Shown piece by piece: positions 29,780 to 39,116 of a DNA stretch of 64,000 nucleotides. Numbering within the stretch: position 1 is the first letter of the stretch; each line of letters opens with the position of its first letter. The notes beneath the pieces were generated by a model. The model was not told the DNA's origin, made no database searches, and saw only the letters and a program-made list of their open reading frames with translations. The stretch spans positions 17,088 to 81,087 of the forward strand of contig DIHE01000171.1 of the NCBI GenBank assembly GCA_002420005.1, read 5' to 3'. This DNA comes from Holophagales bacterium UBA5704. GTDB taxonomy: Bacteria > Acidobacteriota > Thermoanaerobaculia > Multivoradales > UBA5704. The translations under genes were made by a program, and so were the position numbers.

Positions 29780-30760
29780 ATGAGAAAGATCGTGTGCTGT
29801 CTCGCGCTGTCACTCGCCGTTTCGTTCGCCCCCGCGGAGGCGAAAGTCACCCGCTACCTGACCGGCAATGCCGCCGACGTGAGCCCGGTGCTCGCCGGCC
29901 CGGCGCATGACCTCGGCGGCGGTGGCACGGACGTGGATGCCGCCTTGCAGTGGATCATCGACCAGGTGCGCGGGTGCACGAGCTGCTCGACCAAGGTCGA
30001 CGTGGTCATCCTGCGCGTCACCGGATCGAACGGCTACAACGACTACATCTATGCGATGAACGGCGTGGACTCGGTCGAGACGATCGTGATGACCCGGGCG
30101 GCCGACGCCAACACCACGGCGGTGGAAACGACGATCAAGAACGCCGAGGTGGTCTTCTACGCCGGCGGCGACCAGTGCAACTACACCACCTTGTTCAAGG
30201 GGACGAAGGTCGAGACGGCCACGGAATTCGTCTACGCCAAGGGCGGCGGCGTCGGCGGCACCAGCGCCGGCCTGGCCATTCAGGGGGATTTCACCTACAA
30301 CGCCTGCACCGGCAGCATCCTGTCCAGCGAGGCGCTGGCGAATCCCTACCACCGCTATGCCACCTTCACCTACGACTTCTTCAAGTGGGCGAACCTGGCC
30401 AACACGATCACCGACAGCCATTTCGTGGCCCGCGACCGGATGGGCCGGCTGATGTCGTTCCTCGCCCGCCAGATCAAGGACGGCAAGGCGGCGACCGCCC
30501 TGGGCATTGCGGTCGACGAGGCCACCTCCGTGGTGGTGGACAGGAACGGCATGGCGACGGTTCTGGGGAGCGGCACGGCGTACTTCGTGTTGGCCGACCA
30601 CATGCCCGAGGTCTGCCTGTCCGGCACGCCGCTCACCCACTCGAACTACAAGATCTGGAAGGTCAACCCGAACGGCACCTTCGACCTCAAGAACCGTCCG
30701 GTCACCGGCTACTACACCCGCAGCGTCAACAACGGAGTGATCAGCGCGAATCCGTATTGA
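29780..30760 (+). CDS. secreted peptidase S51 (cyanophycinase-like)
   Basis: ORF 28898-30760 trimmed to ATG 29780 (GGAGAGGAG upstream). Signal peptide. FYAGGDQ and nucleophile GGTSAG. Confidence 0.6.
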   Translation: MRKIVCCLALSLAVSFAPAEAKVTRYLTGNAADVSPVLAGPAHDLGGGGTDVDAALQWIIDQVRGCTSCSTKVDVVILRVTGSNGYNDYIYAMNGVDSVETIVMTRAADANTTAVETTIKNAEVVFYAGGDQCNYTTLFKGTKVETATEFVYAKGGGVGGTSAGLAIQGDFTYNACTGSILSSEALANPYHRYATFTYDFFKWANLANTITDSHFVARDRMGRLMSFLARQIKDGKAATALGIAVDEATSVVVDRNGMATVLGSGTAYFVLADHMPEVCLSGTPLTHSNYKIWKVNPNGTFDLKNRPVTGYYTRSVNNGVISANPY

Positions 30761-31712
30761 CCCAGGGAGTCCGGGTGACCGCCTCCCAGAGCTCCCGCAG
30801 GTCCGCCGGGACCGGTGCCTCGCAGCGCAGGAGGGCGCCGGTTCCGGGATGCCGGAAGGCGAGCTTCCAGGCATGCAGGGCCGGCCGGGGAAAGTCGCGC
30901 AGCGGTGCCTGCACGGGGCGGGGCAGGCTCTTCCATCGCGCTTCCCCGTAGACCGGGTCTCCGACCAGAGGATGGCCGATGTGCTTCAGGTGGACGCGGA
31001 TCTGGTGGGTGCGGCCGGTGAACAGGTCGAGCTCCACCAGGGCGATCCCGGCCGCGGCGGCGCGGGTATGCCAGCCGGTGCGCGCCGGCCGTCCATCCGG
31101 CCGCACGGTCATCTCCTTGCGCCGGGTGGCATGGCGTCCGATCGGGGCATCGATCAGGCCCTCCGGCCGGGAAGGCTCGCCGTAGACCAGGGCAAGGTAA
31201 TGCTTCTCGACCTCGCGGCCGGCGAAGGCGCGGGCGAGGCGGGTGTGGGCGGTCGGCGTGCGGGCCGCCACCAGCACGCCGCTGGTCCCCTGATCGAGCC
31301 GGTGGACGATGCCGGGGCGCCCGGCACCGCCGACGCCCGCCATCTCCGGATAGCGGGCGAGAAGAAGGTGGGCGAGCGTCCCGGTCGTGCGTCCGGCTCC
31401 CGGATGGACGGTCAGGCCGGCCGGCTTGTCGAGCACGGCGAGGTCGTCATCTTCATAGAGGAGCGCGAGATCGCCGGCTTCGGGCCGGACCCGCTCCTCG
31501 CGGCGCTCCGGCGGTGTGCAGTCGATCCGGTCGCCGGCTGCGAGGGCGGTCGACGGCCTGGCCGCAACACCGTTCAGGCGCGCGAGACCGCCGTGGATCC
31601 ACTTCTGGACCTGGTTGCGGGGCAGATCGAGGTGGGCCGCCACGTGGCGGTCGAAGCGTGCTCCGGCTGCGGCGGCGTCCACCGTCCAGGAGAGCGGGCC
31701 GGTGTCGCTCAG
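30741..31712 (-). CDS. rluD: 23S rRNA pseudouridine synthase, RluD/RluA family
   Basis: S4 domain ARFDRHVAAHL, KPAGLTVHPG, catalytic HRLDQGTSG, GRTHQIRVH. The start is uncertain: CTG 31712 (CTGA overlap with the lspA stop, keeps LSWTV...GARFD) or GTG 31682. Confidence 0.85.
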   Translation of the reverse strand: MSDTGPLSWTVDAAAAGARFDRHVAAHLDLPRNQVQKWIHGGLARLNGVAARPSTALAAGDRIDCTPPERREERVRPEAGDLALLYEDDDLAVLDKPAGLTVHPGAGRTTGTLAHLLLARYPEMAGVGGAGRPGIVHRLDQGTSGVLVAARTPTAHTRLARAFAGREVEKHYLALVYGEPSRPEGLIDAPIGRHATRRKEMTVRPDGRPARTGWHTRAAAAGIALVELDLFTGRTHQIRVHLKHIGHPLVGDPVYGEARWKSLPRPVQAPLRDFPRPALHAWKLAFRHPGTGALLRCEAPVPADLRELWEAVTRTPWVNTDSR

Positions 31713-32260
31713 CTCGGGCTCTCGGCGGGGGTGTCGGCCGTCTTCTTGTGCGCCCGGAAGCTGTCGATCGCCATCAGGGCGATGCCGATCGAGATGGCGC
31801 TGTCGGCCACGTTGAACGAGGGCCAGTGGTAGGTGCCGACGTAGACGTCGAGGAAGTCGGTCACCGCGCCGGAGGACATGCGGTCGATGAGGTTGCCGAC
31901 CGCGCCGCCGACGACGAGGGAGAGCGAGAGGAGCAGCAGGCGGTCGTGCGGCGAAGCGAACCAGAAATAGACCGCCACCGCCGCCAGGGCGGCGAGGCCG
32001 AGCAGGGTGAGCAGCCAGCTCCCGCCGCTCATCCCCTGTGCGGCGAACAGGCCGAACGCCACGCCGGTGTTGCGCACGTGGGTGAGATTGAAGAAGCCGG
32101 GGATGACCGTCTGCGCCGTATGCTGGGGCAGGTGGGCCTCGATCAGCCATTTGGTCCATTGGTCGAGCGCGATGACTCCGAGGGAGACGAAGAGAAAGCG
32201 CAGCTTGCCCGCCCAGGCGGCGGATCGGTTCAGTGAGGGATGGGCGTCATCGGGTGTCAA
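31709..32260 (-). CDS. lspA: lipoprotein signal peptidase II
   Basis: LDQWTKW, NTGVAFG, GGAVGNLIDR, FNVADSAI. TTG start in a TTGA overlap with the thiE stop. Confidence 0.9.
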   Translation of the reverse strand: MTPDDAHPSLNRSAAWAGKLRFLFVSLGVIALDQWTKWLIEAHLPQHTAQTVIPGFFNLTHVRNTGVAFGLFAAQGMSGGSWLLTLLGLAALAAVAVYFWFASPHDRLLLLSLSLVVGGAVGNLIDRMSSGAVTDFLDVYVGTYHWPSFNVADSAISIGIALMAIDSFRAHKKTADTPAESPS

Positions 32261-32886
32261 CAGATCACTCCTCGGGCGGCGGCCACGGCCGCCGCGGTCT
32301 CGGTAGGGCGCTCAAAAAGCCGGATTGCCGCCACACCGGAGGCTCCCGCCCCGGCCACGTCGGCAAACCGTGCAATTGTAACTCCTCCCAACGCATACAA
32401 GGGAAGACCGCAGGCTGCGGCGCGCGCCAGAGCCTCGAGGCCGACCGGCGGGCCCTTGCCCGGGGCCGGCCAGACCGGGCCGAAGGTGGCGTAGTCGGCG
32501 CCCTCGTCGCGCGCCCGTTCGACCTCCTCGGCCCGATGGGTCGACACACCGATCACGAACCGGTCGCCGAAGCGCCGCCGCAAGGCGGCCACCGGCACGC
32601 CGTCGGCCGGCAGATGCACGCCGTCCGCACCGGCGGCCACGGCGACGTCGGCCCGGCCGTTGACCAGCAGGCGCGTCGTCCGCGGCAAGAGCGTGCGGGC
32701 AGAGCGGACGACCTCCCAGAGGCTGCGGTCGTCCAGGTCCTTCTCCCGGATCTGCACCGCCTCGATGCCCGCCAGGGCACAACCCATCAACCAGCCCCGC
32801 AGGTCGCCACGGGGATGATCGCGGCGGTTACTGATCGCCAGCAGGCGGAGCATCGGAGGGTGGTCCGGGAGGTGGGGGTTGGGCAC
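32257..32886 (-). CDS. thiE: thiamine-phosphate synthase
   Basis: VQIREKD, VNGRADVAVAAGADGVHL, GVSTH, YATFGPVW, YALGGV. The start may be ATG 32853. Confidence 0.85.
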   Translation of the reverse strand: MPNPHLPDHPPMLRLLAISNRRDHPRGDLRGWLMGCALAGIEAVQIREKDLDDRSLWEVVRSARTLLPRTTRLLVNGRADVAVAAGADGVHLPADGVPVAALRRRFGDRFVIGVSTHRAEEVERARDEGADYATFGPVWPAPGKGPPVGLEALARAAACGLPLYALGGVTIARFADVAGAGASGVAAIRLFERPTETAAAVAAARGVIC

Positions 32887-33121
32887 GGCGGGCGATCACC
32901 GCAATCAGATCGTGCAGGCCCCAGAGAAGGTGAACGAAGCCGAAGCCGGTGACCGCGCCGCGCAACGCAGGGTGGAGCAAGGCGTTGCGGAGGGCCGCAA
33001 AGGGGACGAGCTGGAAGATGAGCCGGTCCCACTCCGGATACCAGGGGGCGAAGAGCAGCAGAAGCCCGGCCTCGAAGCAGTACAGGATGAAGAAGAGGCG
33101 GATCATGGTCGAGGAGCGCAC
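32828..33121 (-). CDS. small 2-3 TM membrane protein, unknown function
   Basis: MIRLFFILYCFEAGLLLLFAPWYPEWD... Start is GTG 33121 or ATG 33106. Overlaps the thiE 5' end. Confidence 0.45.
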   Translation of the reverse strand: MRSSTMIRLFFILYCFEAGLLLLFAPWYPEWDRLIFQLVPFAALRNALLHPALRGAVTGFGFVHLLWGLHDLIAVIARRAQPPPPGPPSDAPPAGDQ

Positions 33122-33130
33122 GGGCGGGCC

Positions 33131-33136
33131 ATTGTA
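33131..33136 (-). promoter_or_regulatory. -10 hexamer TACAAT, 9 nt before GTG 33121
   Basis: Minus strand reads ggGCTACAATggcccgcccGTG. Same GCTACAAT as at 18484. Confidence 0.4.
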
Positions 33137-33327
33137 GCCCAGGGGAGCCGCCTTTGCCGGGCGCAACGCGATGTGCGTGGTGTGTCACGTTTGGCGCTCG
33201 GCGCGCACCTATAGGAACAGAGGGACTCCGCGGAGGTGGGATGCGAGCCATCCCGTCGCGCGCGAAGCCCTCGTGTTCTCCGGGCTCCGTCGTGTTGGCG
33301 AAGCCCTCCTGGTCCAACGGAGGATCG

Positions 33328-34491
33328 ATGATGAAAGCTCGTATCTGCCTCGCCTCGATGGCTCTGCTGATGGCCGCTGTTGCCGTGCCCTCAGACGCCC
33401 AGACCCGGATCCGTGTCGGTGACGAGATCTCCTATGAGAGCGCCACGCCGGCCGAGTATCCCCGGGGCGATGCCAACCGCCCGGTGACCTGGTCCGAGAC
33501 GGTGGTTTCGCCGGGCGCCAAGTTCCTGCGGATTCACTTCTCCAAGTTCCATCTCCCCGACGGTGACTTTCTCACCGTGACCGGTCTCAATGGCAAGGAA
33601 TCCTGGGTCTATACCGGCAAGGGACCGGACGGCACCGGCAGCTTCTGGTCGTTCGCGGTGGAGGACGAGGCGGCGGTGGTCGAGCTGCGCAGCAGCGGTG
33701 TCGCCCGGCGCGGCACCCGGTGGGGCGTGGCCATGGACCGCATCGTGCACGGTGAGGTTCCGTTCGCCGTCGAGCCGACCCCGACCAAGGTGATCTGCGG
33801 CACCGACGGCCGCCAGAACGCCGTCTGCCAGGCGGGGATCAACATGAACCCGGTGGCCCGCATGCTCTACCAGAGCGGCGGCTCGTCCTTCGTCTGCACC
33901 GGCTGGCTTGCCGCCGGCTCGAACGCCAACACGTTCGTGACCAACAACCACTGCATCTCCACCCAGACCGAGGCGAGCTCGCTGCAGGCGAAGTTCAACT
34001 ACCAGACCACCACCTGCGGCGGCGGCACCACCGCGACGACCACCGACTATGCCGGCGGCACGTTGCTCAAGACCAACAACAAGCTCGACTACACCGTGAT
34101 GACCCTCCAGGGGAACCCGGAAGCGACCTGGGGCGAGTACACCGCGACCAGCAAGCAGCCGACCGCCGGCCTCGTGATCAACTTCCCGCAGCATCCGGGC
34201 GGTGGTTTGAAGAGGATCGGCTACTGGGAGGACGCGGCGCAGACGGTGCGCTGTGCCGTCAACAGCGTCAACCAGACCTACAGCGGCACCACCCGCCGGA
34301 GCCAGATGTCGTATGGCTGTGACAGCGAGGGTGGCTCCTCCGGCTCGCCGATCATGGACGCCGGCACCGGCCGCATCATCGGCCTCCACCACTACGGCGG
34401 CGTCGGCAGCAACCCCTGCCTCAACGCGGCGACCCAGATGATCCAGGTCTGCGCCGACGCGGGCGCGTTGCTCTCCTGCGCCAGCAACTGA
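33328..34491 (+). CDS. secreted trypsin-like (S1) serine endopeptidase
   Basis: ORF 33154-34491 trimmed to ATG 33328 (GGAGGA upstream). Signal peptide. His region FVTNNHC, Asp region DYTVMTL, Ser region DSEGGSSGSPI. Confidence 0.8.
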   Translation: MMKARICLASMALLMAAVAVPSDAQTRIRVGDEISYESATPAEYPRGDANRPVTWSETVVSPGAKFLRIHFSKFHLPDGDFLTVTGLNGKESWVYTGKGPDGTGSFWSFAVEDEAAVVELRSSGVARRGTRWGVAMDRIVHGEVPFAVEPTPTKVICGTDGRQNAVCQAGINMNPVARMLYQSGGSSFVCTGWLAAGSNANTFVTNNHCISTQTEASSLQAKFNYQTTTCGGGTTATTTDYAGGTLLKTNNKLDYTVMTLQGNPEATWGEYTATSKQPTAGLVINFPQHPGGGLKRIGYWEDAAQTVRCAVNSVNQTYSGTTRRSQMSYGCDSEGGSSGSPIMDAGTGRIIGLHHYGGVGSNPCLNAATQMIQVCADAGALLSCASN

Positions 34492-34497
34492 GCTTCT

Positions 34498-35733
34498 TCA
34501 ACCTCCCTCCCCGGGCTCAACCGGGGAGGGGGCACACTCGACCGTGACCCAACCGCGCGAGCGGCCGGAACGGTACGGCAGGTCACCTCTCTTCGAAACG
34601 ATCCCGCGAATCGGCAGCCGGCAGGCCTGGTTGTAGAACGCCACCCCCGCGCCCTGGACGTGGTCGCTCAGCCGCAGCGCCGGCTGGGGCCGGGCTCGCA
34701 GCAGGGTGGCGAGCGTCTGCTTGCGGTGGAGGAGGGCGGCGCCGCGCAGATCGTCGCCGTCCAGATACAGCAGGTCGAAGGCGAAATAGACGAGATCCTG
34801 CGGGCGGCCCTCGGCGAGGGCGTCCTGGAGCGCCTGGAGGCTGGTGGCGCCGTTCGGCTGGAGAACGGTGACCACGCCGTCGAGCCAGGCGGTCTGCACG
34901 GGCAGGCGGGCCACGGCGGCGGCCACCGGAGCGAGATGCCCGGTCCAGTCTTCGCCGTCGCGGGTCCGGAGACGGATCTCGCCGTCCCGTGCGGAGGCGA
35001 GAAGCCGGACGCCGTCGAGCCGCAGCTCATGAATCCATGTGTCGCCGTCCGGTGGCGCGACGGCCGTGGTCGCGAGCTGCGGTGCGATCCTGGCAGGGAA
35101 GTGCGCGGGGCGCGCCCCGGGGATCGGTTCTCTCGGCGGGGGCGGGGCCTGCGGTGCGGCCTTCGGTGCCCCGGCGATCTCTTCGAGGGTCCGGCCGGTC
35201 AGGACGCTCCCGGGGTGCTCGCGCAGCACAGCGTCGCCGCTTCCCGGCACCGCGGCCTCGTCGTCCACCTTCATCCAGAGCCACGTCTTGGGGTCCTCAC
35301 CCGCCCGGCGGTCAAACGTTCGCACCAGGTGCCAGCGGCCCCGGAGCCTCTCTCCGTCAAGCTCGAATTCGAGGTGCCCTTTGCGGTAGCCCTTCCAGGG
35401 GTCTCCCACCGGGTGCCAGGTGCCGCGGTCCCACACCAGCATGGTGCCGCCGCCATACTCGCCCTTGGGAATGATCCCCTCGAAGTCGCGATATTCCAGG
35501 GGATGGTCCTCGACGTGCACGGCGAGGCGCTTCTCGGCCGGATCGAGGCTCGGCCCTTTGGGCACGGCCCAGCTCCAGAGCACGCCGTCCATCTCCAGGC
35601 GCAGGTCGTAGTGCAGCCGGCTCGCCGCATGCTTCTGCACGACGAACGAGGCCCCGGGAACCGCCGCCGACCCTCCCGCGGGCTCCGGGGTCACCGCGAA
35701 GTTCCGCTTGCGCCGGTAGTCGTCGAGTGCCAT
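34498..35733 (-). CDS. LigD-like protein: intact 3-phosphoesterase domain + degenerate, truncated ATP-ligase domain (possible pseudogene)
   Basis: From ATG 35733. PE domain FVVQKHAASRLHYDLRLE...WAVPKGPS...HVEDHPLEY...GGGTMLVWD. In the ligase part, motif I is HELRLDG (Lys to Arg), motif III is LDGVVTV (Glu lost), and motif V is WVTVE (Lys residues lost). There is no OB domain. Confidence 0.6.
   Translation of the reverse strand: MALDDYRRKRNFAVTPEPAGGSAAVPGASFVVQKHAASRLHYDLRLEMDGVLWSWAVPKGPSLDPAEKRLAVHVEDHPLEYRDFEGIIPKGEYGGGTMLVWDRGTWHPVGDPWKGYRKGHLEFELDGERLRGRWHLVRTFDRRAGEDPKTWLWMKVDDEAAVPGSGDAVLREHPGSVLTGRTLEEIAGAPKAAPQAPPPPREPIPGARPAHFPARIAPQLATTAVAPPDGDTWIHELRLDGVRLLASARDGEIRLRTRDGEDWTGHLAPVAAAVARLPVQTAWLDGVVTVLQPNGATSLQALQDALAEGRPQDLVYFAFDLLYLDGDDLRGAALLHRKQTLATLLRARPQPALRLSDHVQGAGVAFYNQACRLPIRGIVSKRGDLPYRSGRSRGWVTVECAPSPVEPGEGG
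34505..34530. terminator. GC-rich hairpin between convergent genes (10-bp stem CCCTCCCCGG/CCGGGGAGGG, 6-nt loop), no U-tract
   Basis: It lies inside the last codons of the LigD-like ORF (..PVEPGEGG*). It could act as a bidirectional terminator. Confidence 0.4.
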
Positions 35734-35758
35734 CGATACGTGCCGCCCCTTTCTGCGG

Positions 35759-35764
35759 TATACA
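35759..35764 (+). promoter_or_regulatory. -10-like hexamer TATACA, 6 nt before ATG 35771
   Basis: ggTATACAtctaccATG. No SD. Confidence 0.4.
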
Positions 35765-35770
35765 TCTACC

Positions 35771-36679
35771 ATGTCCCTGCGCGCCAAGCCCAATCAAGTC
35801 GACGTCCGCGTCTGGACCGCCGAACGGGGCGAGATGACGGAGCGCGGCGACCGGCTCGCCACGGAAGAGCCCCTGGAGATCCGGCTGCGGATGGGAGAGA
35901 CGACCTGGACGGTGGCGGTCACCATGCGTACGCCCGGCGAGGACGAGGAGCTGGCTGCGGGCTTCCTCTATGCCGAGGAGGTCGTCGCCCGGCGCGAGCG
36001 CATCCGGCGGATCGTCCCCGTCGTTCCACCGGACGAAAGTCCCGGCTCGGAGGGGACGAACATCGTGGAGGTGGAGCTGGAGGACGGGCCGGAGCCCGAG
36101 CTGCGCTCCCTCGAACGCCATTTCTTCGCGACGAGCGCCTGCGGCGTCTGTGGCAAGGCCGGGCTGGAGAGGCTCCGTCTGCGCGTCCCCGCCGCGGTCT
36201 CGGTTGGACCGGTGATCGACCCGGCCCTGCTGCGCGACCTGCCCGACCGCCTCCGCGCGGCCCAGGGCGTGTTCGCGTCCACCGGCGGGCTGCACGCCGC
36301 TGCGCTCTTCGACCGCGACGGACGCCTCCTGGCGGTGCGGGAGGACGTGGGCCGGCACAATGCGCTCGACAAGCTCCTGGGCCGCGCTTTTCTCGACGGC
36401 CGGCTGCCGCTCTCCGACCATCTGGTGCTGGTGAGCGGGCGGGCGAGCTACGAGCTGCTCCAGAAGTGCCTGGTCGCCGGAGTCCCCTTCGTCTGCGCCG
36501 TCTCCGCGCCGAGCAGTCTCGCGGTCGAGCTGGCGGAGCGCTTCGGCCTCACCCTGGTCGGCTTCCTGCGCGGCGACCGCTTCAACGTCTACGCCGGGCC
36601 GCACCGGATCGCCGGCCTCGACGCGGAGCCCTCCGCGGTGAAACGGCGGGGGGACCGGCTGTTTCCGACGATCCGGTAG
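35771..36679 (+). CDS. fdhD: formate dehydrogenase accessory sulfurtransferase
   Basis: ATSACGVCGK, DVGRHNALDKL, SGRASYELLQK. Confidence 0.9.
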   Translation: MSLRAKPNQVDVRVWTAERGEMTERGDRLATEEPLEIRLRMGETTWTVAVTMRTPGEDEELAAGFLYAEEVVARRERIRRIVPVVPPDESPGSEGTNIVEVELEDGPEPELRSLERHFFATSACGVCGKAGLERLRLRVPAAVSVGPVIDPALLRDLPDRLRAAQGVFASTGGLHAAALFDRDGRLLAVREDVGRHNALDKLLGRAFLDGRLPLSDHLVLVSGRASYELLQKCLVAGVPFVCAVSAPSSLAVELAERFGLTLVGFLRGDRFNVYAGPHRIAGLDAEPSAVKRRGDRLFPTIR

Positions 36680-36686
36680 CGGCGCC

Positions 36687-37817
36687 TCACCCCGCCAGCG
36701 TCACCCCCATCAGCTTGCCGATCCCGTAGGTCACCGCGGCGGCGACCAGCCCGAAGAGCATCTGGCGGGCGCCGGAGAAGAGGACGCTGCGGCCGGTCAT
36801 CACGGTGATGGTGCCGCCGATGGCGAAGAGGCCGAGGGCGGAGACTCCGACGCTCACCGCCACGGCGGTCATGCCGTGGAGGAAGATGAACGGGGCGACC
36901 GGGATGATCGCGCCGACGGCGAACAGGAGGAACGAGGTGATGGCGGCCTCCCAGGCCGAGCCGCCGAGCTCTTCGGGATCGATCCCCAGCTCCTCCCGGG
37001 AGAGGGTGTCGAGCGCCTGGGCGGGGTCGGCGATGAGGCGGTTGGCGAGCGCGCGCGCCTGGTCCTCCGGCAGGCCCTTGGCCTGGTAGATGAGCGACAG
37101 CTCGTCCGCCTCCTCCTCTGGGGACGCGGCGAGCTCCTCGGCCTCGATGCGGATCTGGCGCTGGTACAGCTCGCGGCTGCTCTGCACCGAGAGCCACTCG
37201 CCGAGGGCCATCGAGATGGCTCCGGCGAGGAGGCCGGCGAAGCCGGTGATGAGGACGGACTCCTCGGAGAGCGCAGCGCCGGCCACGCCCATGACGAGGC
37301 TCAGATTGGACACCAGGCCGTCGTTGGCGCCGAGGACCGCGGCGCGCAGGGCGTTGCCCCCCATGGCCCGGTGGCGCCCTTCCAGGCGGGCGAGCCAGGA
37401 GCCTTCATAGCCACCGCCCTGCGACGTGGCGACGAGGGTTTGCAGAATCCGGCCGTGCGAGGTCTCCTCACCCGGCAGGGAGGTGCCGCGCGACTCTTCC
37501 TGGGTGCCGTAGGACAGGCTGTCCTTCCCTTCCATGCCGACCGGCGTGGGCAGGACGGCGGCCGGCCCGAAGCGCCGGGCCATCGCGGCCAGCACGCGCG
37601 GGCGCCAGCCCGGCCGGGGCGGCGCCACCGTGGCGCCGGCGGCGGAGAGCTTCTTCTCCCAGAAGAGGGCGTGCTTCTCTTCGGTGGCGGCGAGGCGTTC
37701 GTAGACTTGGGAGATTTGTGCCTTGCGCTCGGCCTTGGCGAGGGTGCGATAGAGGAACGCGCTGTCGATCTCGGCCTGGCGGTTGGCCTGGTAGCGGCGG
37801 ATGTCGATGTTGGCCAT
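36687..37817 (-). CDS. VIT1/CCC1-family iron/manganese transporter with N-terminal ferritin-like domain
   Basis: N-terminal EIDSAFLYRTLA...ATEEKHALFWE (rubrerythrin-like). AAVLGANDGLVSN and C-terminal TMs are typical of VIT1. Confidence 0.8.
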   Translation of the reverse strand: MANIDIRRYQANRQAEIDSAFLYRTLAKAERKAQISQVYERLAATEEKHALFWEKKLSAAGATVAPPRPGWRPRVLAAMARRFGPAAVLPTPVGMEGKDSLSYGTQEESRGTSLPGEETSHGRILQTLVATSQGGGYEGSWLARLEGRHRAMGGNALRAAVLGANDGLVSNLSLVMGVAGAALSEESVLITGFAGLLAGAISMALGEWLSVQSSRELYQRQIRIEAEELAASPEEEADELSLIYQAKGLPEDQARALANRLIADPAQALDTLSREELGIDPEELGGSAWEAAITSFLLFAVGAIIPVAPFIFLHGMTAVAVSVGVSALGLFAIGGTITVMTGRSVLFSGARQMLFGLVAAAVTYGIGKLMGVTLAG

Positions 37818-37823
37818 ATCTCC

Positions 37824-37829
37824 AGGATA
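37824..37829 (-). promoter_or_regulatory. -10-like hexamer TATCCT, 6 nt before ATG 37817. Overlaps a plus-strand TATGCT (37828-37833), 12 nt before ATG 37846
   Basis: AGGATATGCT contains back-to-back -10-like hexamers for the divergent VIT1 and MarC genes. Confidence 0.4.
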
Positions 37830-37845
37830 TGCTTCTCCGACCCCT

Positions 37846-38448
37846 ATGAAACCCTATATCGAGAGCTTCCTGCCGCTGTTCGTCGCCATCAACGTCCTCG
37901 GGGTCATCCCGGTCTACCTCGCGCTCACCGACGGGATGAGCCCCACCGACCGGCGGCGGCTGACCTTTCAGGCGGTGGCCACCGCCTCGTTTCTCGCCAC
38001 GCTGATCCTCTTCGCCGGCCAGCTCATCTTCTCGCTCCTGGGGATCACGGTGAACGACCTGCGGGTGGGCGGCGGGCTGATCCTCATGGTCCTGAGCATC
38101 ACCAACCTGACCTTCAGCGACTACCGGCGCCGCGATCCGCGCGCCGAGGAGGGCGAGGATGCGGCCTCGGTGGGGGTGGTGCCGCTGGGCATCCCGATGA
38201 TCATCGGGCCGGCGGCGATCACCTCGGTCCTCGTCTCGCGCGAGGCCTACGGCTATCTGCCGACGTTGACGTCCCTCTCGATCAACATGTTCCTGGTGTT
38301 CCTGACGCTGGCCTTCGCGCCGTACATCGGGCGCGTCATGGGACCGGCGGTGAGCCGGGCGGTGGCGAAGGTGGGGAGCTTGTTTCTGGCCGCGATCTCG
38401 GTCGCGCTGGTGCGCGCCGGGATCGTCGGGATGATCAAGGCGCTGTAG
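37846..38448 (+). CDS. MarC/UPF0056-family membrane protein
   Basis: ORF 37801-38448 trimmed to ATG 37846. FLPLFVAINVLGVIPVYL...PLGIPMIIGPAAIT. Confidence 0.75.
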   Translation: MKPYIESFLPLFVAINVLGVIPVYLALTDGMSPTDRRRLTFQAVATASFLATLILFAGQLIFSLLGITVNDLRVGGGLILMVLSITNLTFSDYRRRDPRAEEGEDAASVGVVPLGIPMIIGPAAITSVLVSREAYGYLPTLTSLSINMFLVFLTLAFAPYIGRVMGPAVSRAVAKVGSLFLAAISVALVRAGIVGMIKAL

Positions 38449-39052
38449 GCCCGGCCGCCGCGGGCTCGACGGCCGGGGCGGGAGCCTCGATCGCGGCGCG
38501 GCTGAAGTTGAACGAGGCGCCGGTTCGCAGGTACGGGTAGGGATTGACCGCCTTGCCGCCCGGCGTATAGACCCCGTAGTGGAGGTGCGGCGAGCTGGCC
38601 GCCGCGTTGCCCGAGTTGCCGACGTAGCCGATGATCTCGCCGGCATGCACCCACTCGCCGATGACCTGGGCCGCGACGTCTTCGAGATGCGCGTAGTAGT
38701 GCCGGTAGCCGCCCGGGCCGATCACCGTGACCACCAGCCCGCCCAGGCCGCGCATCCCCTTCGTCTCGATGATTCCCTCGGTGGTGCTGCGGATCGGGGT
38801 CCCGCGCGGCGCCATGATGTCGATCCCCTGGTGCCGCCGTCCACCGCCGCGGCGATTGCCCCAGGAGTTGATCAGGCGGGCCGGGGAGACGCCGTCCACC
38901 GGGATGGGGAAGGCCGCAGGGGGCGCCTGGCGCAGCAGCGCGGCCCAGGCACTGCCTCCGCGGGGGGAGATACAGCCGGTCGAGGCGAGCAGCGCGCCGA
39001 AGCTCAAGGCCGCGAGGGCCATACGGAGGGAACGGGTTCTCGACATCAGCAC
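38435..39052 (-). CDS. M23-family metallopeptidase lipoprotein
   Basis: Lipobox LLASTGC. HQGIDI, and HLHYGVY in ...GNSGNAAASSPHLHYG. Confidence 0.85.
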   Translation of the reverse strand: MLMSRTRSLRMALAALSFGALLASTGCISPRGGSAWAALLRQAPPAAFPIPVDGVSPARLINSWGNRRGGGRRHQGIDIMAPRGTPIRSTTEGIIETKGMRGLGGLVVTVIGPGGYRHYYAHLEDVAAQVIGEWVHAGEIIGYVGNSGNAAASSPHLHYGVYTPGGKAVNPYPYLRTGASFNFSRAAIEAPAPAVEPAAAGPTAP

Positions 39053-39116
39053 CGGGCCGGAACCCTACAACAAGTCGTGTGGATTTGGGAACCCCCGGTC
39101 TCTCCGGGAGCATAAG

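Noticed and set aside
27262-29850. Over-long ORFs whose 5' extensions run through neighbouring genes: 27262-29850, 44413-47298, 48156-50375, 16442-18211, 30741-32159, 1056-2558, 28898-30760, 45941-48031
   Set aside because: Only the 3' parts show protein-like sequence, SD or promoter signals and signal peptides. The 5' extensions are antisense to, or out of frame over, well-supported genes. I trimmed each to an internal start.
33192-33207. Sigma-54-like motif TGGCGC-tcggc-GCGCA upstream of the third trypsin-like protease gene (33328)
   Set aside because: The GG-N10-GC spacing is right, but the -12 element lacks the conserved T before GC and the -24 has a mismatch. In GC-rich DNA such matches arise by chance. 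No nearby palindrome is related to those at 50588 and 52545.
34498-36679. A possible NHEJ locus (ligD with ku)
   Set aside because: No Ku-like ORF flanks the LigD-like gene. The neighbours are a protease and fdhD, and the ligase module itself is degenerate.
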